Of a stretch of DNA of 56,397 nucleotides, positions 1-10,871 are shown piece by piece (the first letter of the stretch is position 1; every line of letters starts with the position of its first letter). The notes beneath the pieces are model-generated. The model made no database searches, was not told where the DNA came from, and saw only the letters and a list, made by a program, of their open reading frames with translations. Position numbers and translations under genes: made by a program. This DNA is from Thiotrichales bacterium (lineage in GTDB: Bacteria; Pseudomonadota; Gammaproteobacteria; SZUA-229), in the NCBI GenBank assembly GCA_020341835.1, contig CP070838.1, positions 1,544,487 to 1,600,883 of the forward strand. The letters are read 5' to 3'.

Positions 1-914
1 TGGTCCGCAAGCCGATACGGGCAAAGGTTCCGGCAAAACCCTTGCGCGCGATGCTCGATGCCGAAGACCCGACACATGTGGTCATCCTCAGCGATCCGCA
101 GAAAACCAGCGCAGATTCGGAAGCCGTGTTTTATTTTCCGGGCTGCGGCTCGGAGCGACTGTTCAGCCAGATCGGACTGGCAACGCTGGCGATGCTGTCA
201 GAAACCGGCGCCCGCACCGTGCTGCCGCCGGGCTACCTCTGTTGCGGCTATCCACAGACTGCCGCCGGGGATGCCAACCGCGGGCATGCGATCAGCACCA
301 ACAACCGCGTTCTGTTCCACAGGGTCGCCAACACGCTGAATTATCTCGATATCAAGACCGTCATCGTCAGCTGCGGCACCTGCATGGACCAGTTGCTCAA
401 ATATGAATTCGAAAAAATATTTCCGGGCTGCCGTTTGCTCGACATACACGAATACCTGATGGAGAAGAACGTCAGCCTCGACCAGACCGGCGGGAAGCAG
501 TACCTGTATCATGATCCCTGCCACACACCGATGAAAACCTACAATCCGGTCAGGGTTGCGTCCAGCCTGATGGGTCAGCACGTCCTGCAATCCGACAGGT
601 GCTGTGGCGAATCCGGCACCCTGGGTACCGCACGGCCCGACATCGCTGACCAGCTTCGCTATCGCAAGCTGGAAGAGCTGGAGCAAGGACTCGTTACACT
701 CACGGGGCGACCCGATAACAATACCGGTCAGGTCAAGCTGTTGACTGCCTGCCCGGCCTGCCAGCAGGGGCTGTCACGCTACCAGGATGACACCGGACTC
801 GAAACGGAATTTATCGTCGTCGAACTGTGCAACCACCTGCTGGGCGCCGACTGGCAGGATGCATTTACCAACAGGATCAACAGTGGCGACGGTATCGAAA
901 GAGTGTTGCTGTAA
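1..914 (+). CDS. C-terminal part of an (Fe-S)-binding oxidoreductase with two CCG cysteine-rich domains (GlcF/HdrD/YdiJ-like); 5' end lies outside the window
   Basis: Frame is open from base 3 to the stop at 912-914. The translation carries two CCG-type cysteine clusters (FPGCGSE..LCCGYP..SCGTC and HDPCH..RCCGESG..CPAC), typical of heterodisulfide-reductase/glycolate-oxidase Fe-S subunits. Confidence 0.7.
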   Translation, partial: VRKPIRAKVPAKPLRAMLDAEDPTHVVILSDPQKTSADSEAVFYFPGCGSERLFSQIGLATLAMLSETGARTVLPPGYLCCGYPQTAAGDANRGHAISTNNRVLFHRVANTLNYLDIKTVIVSCGTCMDQLLKYEFEKIFPGCRLLDIHEYLMEKNVSLDQTGGKQYLYHDPCHTPMKTYNPVRVASSLMGQHVLQSDRCCGESGTLGTARPDIADQLRYRKLEELEQGLVTLTGRPDNNTGQVKLLTACPACQQGLSRYQDDTGLETEFIVVELCNHLLGADWQDAFTNRINSGDGIERVLL

Positions 915-948
915 ACCATGATCAACCGGCATCGCCTCGGGTCAGGCA

Positions 949-1812
949 CTACAGGTTTGAAAAGTGTTCCTGGACGTTTTCCATGATCTCTGCGGGCACA
1001 AACAGATAATCGCTCAACAGCCCTGAATAGGCGTCCACGTCATCAATGACGACGCGTTCACCCGAAAAACCGGTTCCACAGGGTATGTAATTCAGATTCT
1101 TCATCAGCGAATGTGTATCTTCCAGCCTGCTTTTCATCAGCTTCAAATTGTCCGATTCATGCAAGCTAATGTTTATTTCACAAAACACAAGGGGTCTGTA
1201 CTTCTCCAGGGTTCCGGCAAGACCGCTAAGCACATTATATTCAAACCCTTCGACATCGATTTTTATCAGTGATATTTCTTCATCGATAGAGTCAAAAATA
1301 TCATCCCCGTTTACCGAGTAAACCGTCGTCGAAAATTCCTCGCGCCCCTTGCTGAACTCTTTTACCAGCGTGCTGGTGCCGCTATCCCAGGCGGAGGAAA
1401 ACAGGTAACTGATTCGGTCTCCGTCAGCAACTGCGACCGGGAAAATACAGGTTGAAGCGAATCGATTCAAGCGGATTAACTCGAAAACATAAAAAACACA
1501 TGCCGGGTTTGGCTCGAAGCCATAATAAGGTGCCTTACCGTTTATAGCTTTCAACTCAAGCAAAAACTGGCCAACGTTCACCCCCACATCAACCACTGCC
1601 TTGTCGGGGTACAGTTTATGAGAAAGCTCTATTACGTCTCGCATCCATCTGTTTTCCGGCGGGACAAAATGATACCTTCCTATGCCATACAGTAACGGTA
1701 TTTTTACCCGCAGCCCTCGATAGGAAATAGTGGCACTTTTGACACAAAGCTTAGATAACAGAACCAGAATCTCCCTTCTGGCTTTTCTGAGAATCCTTGA
1801 TAAATAACTCAT
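949..1812 (-). CDS. FkbM-family SAM-dependent methyltransferase
   Basis: 287-aa ORF. VVDVGVNVGQF..YYGFEPNP..IKIDVEGFEYNVL matches the FkbM (Methyltransf_21) pattern. AT-richer than its flanks. Confidence 0.75.
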   Translation of the reverse strand: MSYLSRILRKARREILVLLSKLCVKSATISYRGLRVKIPLLYGIGRYHFVPPENRWMRDVIELSHKLYPDKAVVDVGVNVGQFLLELKAINGKAPYYGFEPNPACVFYVFELIRLNRFASTCIFPVAVADGDRISYLFSSAWDSGTSTLVKEFSKGREEFSTTVYSVNGDDIFDSIDEEISLIKIDVEGFEYNVLSGLAGTLEKYRPLVFCEINISLHESDNLKLMKSRLEDTHSLMKNLNYIPCGTGFSGERVVIDDVDAYSGLLSDYLFVPAEIMENVQEHFSNL

Positions 1813-1943
1813 TCCAAATCCTGTCTATCCCGTCAACTCAAACCACGTAAAGAGCACCGTCCGGATTCGCGCTCTTTCAAACAGTATTAATTTCAGTCCG
1901 CAAGCTCTGATATAACTCGCGCTTTTACAGTGACGATAAAGAA

Positions 1944-3893
<1,950 letters not shown>

Positions 3894-3910
3894 TCATTCC
3901 CAGAGGCACA

Positions 3911-4020
3911 GTGGCGAGTGGCGAGGGACGAGTGGCGGGGAAAAAACATTTCAAGTCTGAATCTGGCAGAGTGGCATATCAACGTTTTTCCTCACCACTC
4001 GCCACTCGTCCCTCGCCACT
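3911..4020. repeat. Two inverted arrays of four heptamer repeats (GTGGCGA/GGGACGA type) that include a perfect 21-bp inverted repeat
   Basis: Plus strand 3911-3938 reads gtggcga gtggcga gggacga gtggcgg. The reverse complement of 3992-4019 reads gtggcga gggacga gtggcga gtggtga. Bases 3917-3937 are exactly complementary to 4000-4020, with a 62-nt spacer. Confidence 0.85.
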
Positions 4021-4047
4021 GAAAAAGGCGCAAAGCGCGCCTTTTTC
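4021..4047. terminator. Bidirectional intrinsic-terminator-like hairpin (11-bp perfect stem, A5/T5 flanks inside the stem)
   Basis: gaaaaaggcgc-aaagc-gcgcctttttc. The arms 4021-4031 and 4037-4047 are perfectly complementary. It lies between the divergent thiC and pcm-like genes, so what it terminates is unclear. Confidence 0.5.
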
Positions 4048-4079
4048 AGGTAAAATGCGCGTCCTCAATTCCAAGCTAT

Positions 4080-4775
4080 GTGGTGGGTGTGTTTCGTATG
4101 AGCAACATGGATTTCAACCAGGCCCGGTTCAACATGGTGGAGCAGCAGGTCCGCCCCTGGGACGTGCTCGACCCACGGGTACTGAACGTGATCGGCAACA
4201 TCCCCCGTGAGCAGTTCGTACCCGAAGTGAGCAAGAAGCTCGCCTACGCTGATGTGCGTATTCCGATTGGTCAGTACGGGGGCCGTACATCGCATATGCT
4301 CAACCCGGTGATCGAAGGCCGTATGCTGCAAAGCCTGGCAATCGGTGAAGACGACACCATACTGCAGATCGGTACCGGCACCGGTTATATCACCGCCTGC
4401 CTTGCCACGCTCGGACGCCACGTCGACAGCGTCGATATTAATCCCGAGATGACTGCGATGGCAGAGAAAAACCTGGCCCGGTTCGAGATTACCAATGTCA
4501 ACCTCAGCACCGGTGACGGCTCCAGAAAATGGGAGCAGAAGCGTTATTACGACTGCATCGCAATCATGGGCTCATTCCCCAAAGTCCCCGAATTCTACAA
4601 GAAATCATTGAAGGAAGATGGCGGCCGCATGTTCGTCGTGGTCGGTGAGGCGCCGGTAATGAAAGCCCTGCTGGTCACGCGCATTGGCAAGAATGAATGG
4701 ACCCTGGACGAGATATTCGAAACCTGTATTGAACCTCTGATCAATGCGGAAAAGCCAGCCGAATTCGAATTTTAG
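4080..4775 (+). CDS. Protein-L-isoaspartate O-methyltransferase-family protein (pcm paralogue linked to tolC)
   Basis: MDFNQARFNMVEQQVRPWDV N-terminus and an ILQIGTGTGY SAM-binding motif. The track start is GTG at 4080; the ATG at 4098 is more likely. Confidence 0.8.
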   Translation: MVGVFRMSNMDFNQARFNMVEQQVRPWDVLDPRVLNVIGNIPREQFVPEVSKKLAYADVRIPIGQYGGRTSHMLNPVIEGRMLQSLAIGEDDTILQIGTGTGYITACLATLGRHVDSVDINPEMTAMAEKNLARFEITNVNLSTGDGSRKWEQKRYYDCIAIMGSFPKVPEFYKKSLKEDGGRMFVVVGEAPVMKALLVTRIGKNEWTLDEIFETCIEPLINAEKPAEFEF

Positions 4776-4793
4776 CTGTCTGCTTCAATATTT

Positions 4794-5114
4794 ATGCGTG
4801 AGTTTGAGGCCGAAGAGCTCAAGGACTATCTTGAGTCTGTAGAACAGCAACCTTTATTGCTGGATGTACGCCAGCCGTGGGAATACGAAATCTGCAAGCT
4901 GGATAACAGTGTCCTGATCCCGATGTCGACCATTCCGGCCAATCTCGAACAGCTTGATAAAGACAGGGAGACCGTGGTTATATGCCATCACGGTGTGCGC
5001 AGCCGCCGCGTTGCCTATTACCTCGAACAGGCGGGCTTTACCAATGTGATTAATCTCAAGCGCGGGCTTGACGGCTGGGCAAGAAGTGTCGATATCGACA
5101 TGGCGACCTACTAA
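4794..5114 (+). CDS. Rhodanese-domain sulfurtransferase (single domain)
   Basis: 106 aa with the active-site loop VICHHGVRS and a C-terminal GLDGWA. Confidence 0.85.
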   Translation: MREFEAEELKDYLESVEQQPLLLDVRQPWEYEICKLDNSVLIPMSTIPANLEQLDKDRETVVICHHGVRSRRVAYYLEQAGFTNVINLKRGLDGWARSVDIDMATY

Positions 5115-5133
5115 AAACTAAAGGGCTGAAAAG

Positions 5134-6501
5134 ATGTCACTACGTACCGGTTTTTGCATCGCATTATCCACACTGTGTTTCAGCACGAGCCTTCAGGCAC
5201 TCGACCTGAAAGAAGCGCTGGAACGCGCCGAGCAATACGACGCCACGCTGCGCACGGCAATGGCCGACTACATGGCGGCCGAGGAGCTGTTTCCGCAGAG
5301 CCGCGCCAACCTGCTGCCCGATATCCAGCTCGGCGGCTTCTACCAGCGCAATGACACCAGCCGGGAAAATTCATCCGGCGGCATCATCGGTGACGTCGAC
5401 TCAAATTTCACCACCAAGGGCTACGATGTCACCCTGAACCAGGTGCTGTTCAACAAGGCCTTCTGGGACGCGATGGAACAGAGTGAGGCCCTGGTGGCCC
5501 AGGCCGCCGCCAACTACGAGGTTGCCAAGCAGGACCTGATCCTGCGCACCGCGCGCGCCTACTTCAACGTCCTCGGTGCTCAGGACAACGTTGCCTTCAC
5601 CCGCGCCGAGAAGGAAGCCATTGGCCGCCAGCTCGAACAGAGCCGCGAGCGTTTCAATGTGGGCCTGATCGCGATCACCGACGTGCGTGAATCACAGGCT
5701 TCCTACGACAACGCGGTGGCCAACGAAATCGTCGCGATGAACACGCTGCGCAATAACATCGAGGCCCTGCGCGTGATCATCGGCGACCCGGTCGAGGACC
5801 TGGCGCCGCTGGCCGAAAAATTCCCGTTACTGTTGCCGGAACCGGCCAACATCGATGAATGGCAACGTCTGGCACTGGACAACAACCTGTCGTTGAAAGC
5901 CTCGCGCTTCGGCCTGAGTGCGGCCAAGGAAAACTACGAAGCCAATCGCGCAGGCCATTACCCGATCCTGAACCTGCGCGCGGCCCACACCTTCGACTCG
6001 GCCGACGGCAGCTCGTTTGGCGGCGCCTTCGGTGGCTCCGACAACACCGCCAATTCGGTCGCAGCGCAGCTGAACATTCCGATTTACCAGGGCGGCGGCG
6101 TCACCTCACGGGTACGTCAGGCCAATGCCGAGGTGTGGTCGGCACAGGCGGTTGTCGATCAGGCTATACGCACCACGGTGCAGCAGGTGCGCGATGCCTA
6201 CCTCGGTGTCGAGTCATCGGTGTCATCGGTGAGGGCCTTCCACCAGGCCTTGATTTCGGCGAAGACCTCGGTCGAGGCCACCGAAGCCGGCTTCGAGGCC
6301 GGTACCCGTACCAGCGTCGACGTGCTGCTGGTGCAGGGCCGCCAGTTCGAAGCCGAACGCAATTATGCCCGCTCCCGATATGACTACCTGCTGGTGCTGC
6401 TGGAACTGCAACGTGCGGCCGGCTCACTGACACGCGAGGATGTCTGGCAGATCAATCAATGGCTGGACCCGAACGCCAGGGACGATACGCGCACCTACTA
6501 G
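5134..6501 (+). CDS. tolC: TolC-family outer-membrane efflux channel
   Basis: 455 aa with a signal peptide (..SLQALDLKEALE). Two OEP repeats (LPDIQLGG.., NIPIYQGGG) and a typical TolC N-terminus. Confidence 0.9.
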   Translation: MSLRTGFCIALSTLCFSTSLQALDLKEALERAEQYDATLRTAMADYMAAEELFPQSRANLLPDIQLGGFYQRNDTSRENSSGGIIGDVDSNFTTKGYDVTLNQVLFNKAFWDAMEQSEALVAQAAANYEVAKQDLILRTARAYFNVLGAQDNVAFTRAEKEAIGRQLEQSRERFNVGLIAITDVRESQASYDNAVANEIVAMNTLRNNIEALRVIIGDPVEDLAPLAEKFPLLLPEPANIDEWQRLALDNNLSLKASRFGLSAAKENYEANRAGHYPILNLRAAHTFDSADGSSFGGAFGGSDNTANSVAAQLNIPIYQGGGVTSRVRQANAEVWSAQAVVDQAIRTTVQQVRDAYLGVESSVSSVRAFHQALISAKTSVEATEAGFEAGTRTSVDVLLVQGRQFEAERNYARSRYDYLLVLLELQRAAGSLTREDVWQINQWLDPNARDDTRTY

Positions 6502-6691
6502 TCCGATCCATAGTCAGGGGCGGTAAACCGGGGGCAAGCGGCGAGGCAACAGGTCAATTACAGTATGTGCTCTAATCCGGCTGGATTTCCGGTCGTTAAC
6601 GGTATGCGCACTTTCATGTCCCTTCTTGCCCCGATCTACTCGCCGCTTACTACTGTCAGCCAGCAATCAGTTTGACGACTAAACTACCCTT

Positions 6692-7627
6692 ATGAGCAAC
6701 ATGATCCCGCTGAATGCGAGCGACTACCTGGCACCGCGTTACTGGCCGCTGTGGCTGGCATTTGGTCTGCTGCGCCTGATGTCCGTGCTGCCGATACGGT
6801 GGACACAGACCATTGGATCAGGCCTGGGCATGCTGTTCTACCGACTGGTGCCTTCACGCCGCCGCGTTGCGCGCATCAATATTCGCCAGGCTTACCCCGC
6901 CTATGACGAAGCGCAGATTCGCGCACTGAATATCGCCAGCTTCAAAAGTCTCGGTATCTCCGTGTTTGAAATCGCGCAATCCTGGTGGGGCGACCGTAAC
7001 TACATGCGTTCGGTCTGCGAAGTTGAGGGCAAACAACACCTCGACAAGGCCCTGGCCAGGGGCAAGGGGGTGATTCTGCTCACGGGTCATTTCACCACGC
7101 TGGAAATCGGTGGCATGTTAATGGGGCTGCAGCCCAACCTGAAAGGCGCCTATAACGGCGTCTATAAAAAGGCACATAATCCGATGGTCAATGCTGTGAT
7201 GGCGCATTATCGCTCGACTTTCGGCGACGATCTGATTGATAACAAGAACGTGCGTGCGTTGATTCGCGGCCTGCGCAAAGGCCGCGCCACCTGGTTTGCA
7301 CCTGACCAGGACTTTGCCGACCAGGATATCGTGTTCACGCCTTTTCTCGGCGGAATCGCTTCAACATTGACCGCAACCGCGCGCATGGCCGAGATGACAG
7401 GTGCGGCCGTGGTTCCGTTCTACCCACTCAGGCTCGACAACGGCAAAGGTTACCGGCTGGTCGTACTGCCGGCGCTGGAGGACTTCCCGTCTGACGATAT
7501 CAACAGGGACTCGGCACGCGTCAATAAAGCAATAGAAGACATGGTCCATGCCAATCCTGAACAGTATGGCTGGGTGCACAAGCGTTTCAAGCACAGGCCT
7601 CCCGGAGAAGCCTCGATCTACGAATAG
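6692..7627 (+). CDS. lpxL: Lipid A biosynthesis lauroyl/secondary acyltransferase (LpxL/HtrB family)
   Basis: 311 aa, collinear with E. coli LpxL (PRYWPLWL.., LTGHFTTLEIGG, WFAPDQDF, PEQYGWVHKRFKHRP). Confidence 0.85.
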   Translation: MSNMIPLNASDYLAPRYWPLWLAFGLLRLMSVLPIRWTQTIGSGLGMLFYRLVPSRRRVARINIRQAYPAYDEAQIRALNIASFKSLGISVFEIAQSWWGDRNYMRSVCEVEGKQHLDKALARGKGVILLTGHFTTLEIGGMLMGLQPNLKGAYNGVYKKAHNPMVNAVMAHYRSTFGDDLIDNKNVRALIRGLRKGRATWFAPDQDFADQDIVFTPFLGGIASTLTATARMAEMTGAAVVPFYPLRLDNGKGYRLVVLPALEDFPSDDINRDSARVNKAIEDMVHANPEQYGWVHKRFKHRPPGEASIYE

Positions 7628-7740
7628 AATGTCTACACTTATCGTGTATGAGCGGCTTCGGCCGCAAAAAAGATTGTCGCCAGAATTATTCGCGACTAAA
7701 GTCGCTCCTACGTGTAACGATACTTGACCCAAGCTTTCGA

Positions 7741-8991
7741 ATGTTTTTATACCGCCTGCTTAATTTACTGCTGCTGCCGTTGACCTTCAGTTACATCTGT
7801 CTCAAGGCCGTTCGTCACAACCAGTTGCGTTACCTGAAACAGCGCCTTGGCATCGGCCTGGGCGGTATACCGAAAAACTGCCTGTGGTTGCATTGTGCAT
7901 CGGTTGGCGAGGTAAACACCGCACTGCCGCTGCTGAATGAGTTACACCGGCGCAATCCGCAACAGAATTTCGTAATCACCACCAACACGCCGACCGGGGC
8001 AGAAATCGTCATACGGCAGCAACAGCCATACCTGTTTCACGCCTACCTGCCTTTTGACTGGATGCTCTCGGTGACCTTATTTGTCAGCACACTCAAGCCG
8101 GTGGCGCTGTGCGTGCTCGAAACGGAATTGTGGCCCAACCTGTTCAGCGTTTGCCATAGCAGAAAAGTTCCTGTCGTGATCATTAACGGGCGCCTGTCAC
8201 CAAAAACCACATCGACTTATAAATGGGTGCGCAGGGTACTGGGCCAGCTGCTCCAGCTCACCGAACATGTCTATGCCCGCAGCGAAGCTGACCATGACGC
8301 TTTTATCAAGCTGGGTGCAAACAAAAGCAAGGTCTCGCTCATCGGCAATATGAAATACTCACCGCCTGCCTTGCAGAAAACCGAAGTACCGCGGGTCAAC
8401 CGGGCTTACGTGGTCGTCGCGTCATCCCATTTTGATGAAGAGATCCACATCCTCCGATGCTGGATGCAGCTTGAACGAGACGAATTGCTGGTCATCGCGC
8501 CGCGCCACCCTGAGCGCCGCGAAGAAATTCTCAAACAACTGACAAGCGTCACTGAGGCCATTGCATTACGCAGCAGGAATGACGCCATCACCAGGAACAC
8601 CCGGGTATTTCTCCTCGATACCGTGGGTGAACTCAATAACTGGTTCTCTGCTGCGAAGCTGGTCATTATGGGTGGTTCGTTTATTCCACATGGCGGCCAC
8701 AATCTGCTGGAACCTGCGCATTTTGGCAAGGCAGTCATCTTCGGACCGTCAATGGAAAACTTCAGGGATGAGGCACAACTGATGCTGAACAAGCACGCCG
8801 CTGTACAGGTCGCCTCGTTTGAAAAGCTGTGCGAGCAGTTGCAGCATTTTCTCACCAACCCGCAGGCGCTACAGTCGCTGGAAAACAATGTCCATGAAGC
8901 CATCTCCGGCTTCAGGCATATCGTTGAGGACTATGCCGACGTCGTCAGCCCGCTAATAAACAGCAAGAGCGACGATGAAGTCCGCAAATAA
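7741..8991 (+). CDS. waaA: 3-deoxy-D-manno-octulosonic acid (Kdo) transferase WaaA
   Basis: The ORF 7648-8991 contains the KdtA signature WLHCASVGEVNTALPL. The ATG at 7741 (MFLYRLLNLLLLPL) gives the usual N-terminal membrane anchor. Confidence 0.9.
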   Translation: MFLYRLLNLLLLPLTFSYICLKAVRHNQLRYLKQRLGIGLGGIPKNCLWLHCASVGEVNTALPLLNELHRRNPQQNFVITTNTPTGAEIVIRQQQPYLFHAYLPFDWMLSVTLFVSTLKPVALCVLETELWPNLFSVCHSRKVPVVIINGRLSPKTTSTYKWVRRVLGQLLQLTEHVYARSEADHDAFIKLGANKSKVSLIGNMKYSPPALQKTEVPRVNRAYVVVASSHFDEEIHILRCWMQLERDELLVIAPRHPERREEILKQLTSVTEAIALRSRNDAITRNTRVFLLDTVGELNNWFSAAKLVIMGGSFIPHGGHNLLEPAHFGKAVIFGPSMENFRDEAQLMLNKHAAVQVASFEKLCEQLQHFLTNPQALQSLENNVHEAISGFRHIVEDYADVVSPLINSKSDDEVRK

Positions 8992-9054
8992 ACGCTAATG
9001 GACGCAAATACTAGTCAGTAAACTCAAAGCAAATCATACAGAGATCGTAGTCGA

Positions 9055-9927
9055 TCAGCTTTTGCTGCCGCTAACTCCATACCGCCCGCGACCGTTATAG
9101 CCATCCAGCAATGCATCCCAGTTTTTCTGATCGAAGTGAAAAACCCGGTTCAGGGATTTGAACTTGAGCAGGGAACGCTGCAATCTCGCCAGGTTTGATG
9201 CTTTCCACGAATCACCCAGGTGGCGTATACATCCCTTGTCGAAGTCGATCAGATAAACAAGCTTGCTTTGGATGTCGATCAATATATTGCGCGCATTCAG
9301 GTCGGCATGAAATACGGACGCATCGTGAAAACGACGAATGCAGGCACCGACCGCTTGCCAGCCATCAGTTTCGATTTCTTCAGCCAGCAGGTGGTCAGCC
9401 AGCGTTACTACATCGCCGATCTTCCTTGTAATCAGATCAGCACGATAAAACAGCCCGCGTCTTTCACAGCTTGCGGCAACCGGAACCGGCACTGGAAGCT
9501 CCATCGCACACATCTGCCGCAACAGACGCCACTCCCTGAATGAACGCGACCTGTTGCAACTCCCGCCGATATATTTATCGCCAAGCAGTGCAGCCATCCT
9601 GCCGCCGCGCTGATAGTGTTTAAGCACCAGTTGCTGATCCCGGTAGCTGAAAAATACCGCATGACCCCTGCCTTCGGCCAGCGACTGCTCGTCAGCATCA
9701 CATTTGGCACCGGCTATATCAAATAGGCCTGCATTCGGATGTTCAATTACAGAAGCATCGTATAGGATATGTCGCTTACCTATTCTGACTAGACTTTCGT
9801 TCGTAGATGATTCTGCCACTCTCTTCCGCACCTGATTCAATCTGTATTCTGCGTTTGTCTGCAATTGGTGACGTAACCCATGCACTACCCGTACTGAGAA
9901 CCCTGCAACATCACTGGCCCCAGACAA
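9055..9927 (-). CDS. kdkA: Kdo kinase KdkA (LPS kinase family)
   Basis: Kinase motifs LVLKHYQRGG and FHADLNARNILID. The 290-aa track ORF overlaps the divergent GT9 gene. An internal GTG at 9819 would give about 254 aa, closer to typical KdkA length. Confidence 0.8.
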   Translation of the reverse strand: MSGASDVAGFSVRVVHGLRHQLQTNAEYRLNQVRKRVAESSTNESLVRIGKRHILYDASVIEHPNAGLFDIAGAKCDADEQSLAEGRGHAVFFSYRDQQLVLKHYQRGGRMAALLGDKYIGGSCNRSRSFREWRLLRQMCAMELPVPVPVAASCERRGLFYRADLITRKIGDVVTLADHLLAEEIETDGWQAVGACIRRFHDASVFHADLNARNILIDIQSKLVYLIDFDKGCIRHLGDSWKASNLARLQRSLLKFKSLNRVFHFDQKNWDALLDGYNGRGRYGVSGSKS

Positions 9928-10871
9928 AAATTACCTGGGTCATTGGAAAAAACGAACATGCGGTGGTCAGTGATATTGCCGGCGTCGAGTTTATCATTTT
10001 TGACAAATCCCTTGGGATCGGTGCATACCGCGACATTCGCCGCAAGCTTGCAGGACATCGCTTTGATGTGCTGCTGCATATGCAGTTGTCGTTACGCGCC
10101 TCAATTACCAGCCTGATGGTAAAAGCGGATGTCAAACTGGGTTTTGACCGTGCGCGCGCGAAGGACATGCAGTGGCTGTTTACCAATGAGAAAATATTGC
10201 CGCAAAGTACACGGCAACATGTCGTCGACAGCTTTATCGAGTTTCCCCGGCGCCTGGGACTCAAACCCGTCTTTAAGTGGGACCTGCCGGTTTCTGCTGA
10301 AGCAGTCGAACGCGTCAAACACATGATCAGCGGCGAACGATTTCTGGTAATCAATCCATGCGCCGTTGCCAAATCGCGCAACTGGCGAAACTGGACTGCC
10401 GAAGGTTACGCGGAAGTTGCCGACTTTGCCGCCGAACATCATGGCATGACCGTGTTGCTGACCGGAGGCCCCTCCTCGGAAGAACGCAACATGGCCGACA
10501 CGATTTCCACGATGTGCCGCCGCAAACCCCACAACCTTGTCGGCGGAACTACCCTGCCGGAACTGGTCGCACTGCTTCATCTGGCCAGGGTCGTTATTGC
10601 ACCTGACACCGGTCCCGCGCATATCGCCAGCGCGCTTGGAACACCCGTGATTGGCCTCTACGCCGCTACCAATCCACAACGTGCCGGCCCGTACAATTTC
10701 AAAGACCTGGTTGTAAACAGGTATCCGCAAGCACTGAGAAAATATTACGAGCTGGAAGTCGGCGATGCGCCCTGGGGCAAGCGCATCCAGAATAACGAGT
10801 GCATGGCATTGATCAAACCGGAAGACGTGACCGCGATGCTATCGAGGGCATTGCAGGATTATATCGACTGA
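9807..10871 (+). CDS. Glycosyltransferase family 9 (heptosyltransferase-type; candidate Hep I transferase acting on Kdo-P)
   Basis: 354 aa. ILRLSAIGDVTHALPVL N-terminal motif and C-terminal PDTGPAHIASALGTPVIGLY, typical of GT9. Confidence 0.85.
   Translation: MILPLSSAPDSICILRLSAIGDVTHALPVLRTLQHHWPQTKITWVIGKNEHAVVSDIAGVEFIIFDKSLGIGAYRDIRRKLAGHRFDVLLHMQLSLRASITSLMVKADVKLGFDRARAKDMQWLFTNEKILPQSTRQHVVDSFIEFPRRLGLKPVFKWDLPVSAEAVERVKHMISGERFLVINPCAVAKSRNWRNWTAEGYAEVADFAAEHHGMTVLLTGGPSSEERNMADTISTMCRRKPHNLVGGTTLPELVALLHLARVVIAPDTGPAHIASALGTPVIGLYAATNPQRAGPYNFKDLVVNRYPQALRKYYELEVGDAPWGKRIQNNECMALIKPEDVTAMLSRALQDYID

Noticed and set aside
1848-1878. Possible thiC terminator hairpin (aaagagcac..gcgctcttt).
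   Set aside because: The stem is imperfect with an 11-nt loop and has no U-tract on the thiC strand, so it is not convincing.
6531-6645. Complementary segments ggggcaag+cggcgag (6531-6545) and cttgcccc (6625-6632) ... ctcgccg (6639-6645) in the tolC-lpxL spacer.
   Set aside because: The order is A-B...A'-B', which is not nested, so the segments cannot form one hairpin. They are short enough to be chance.
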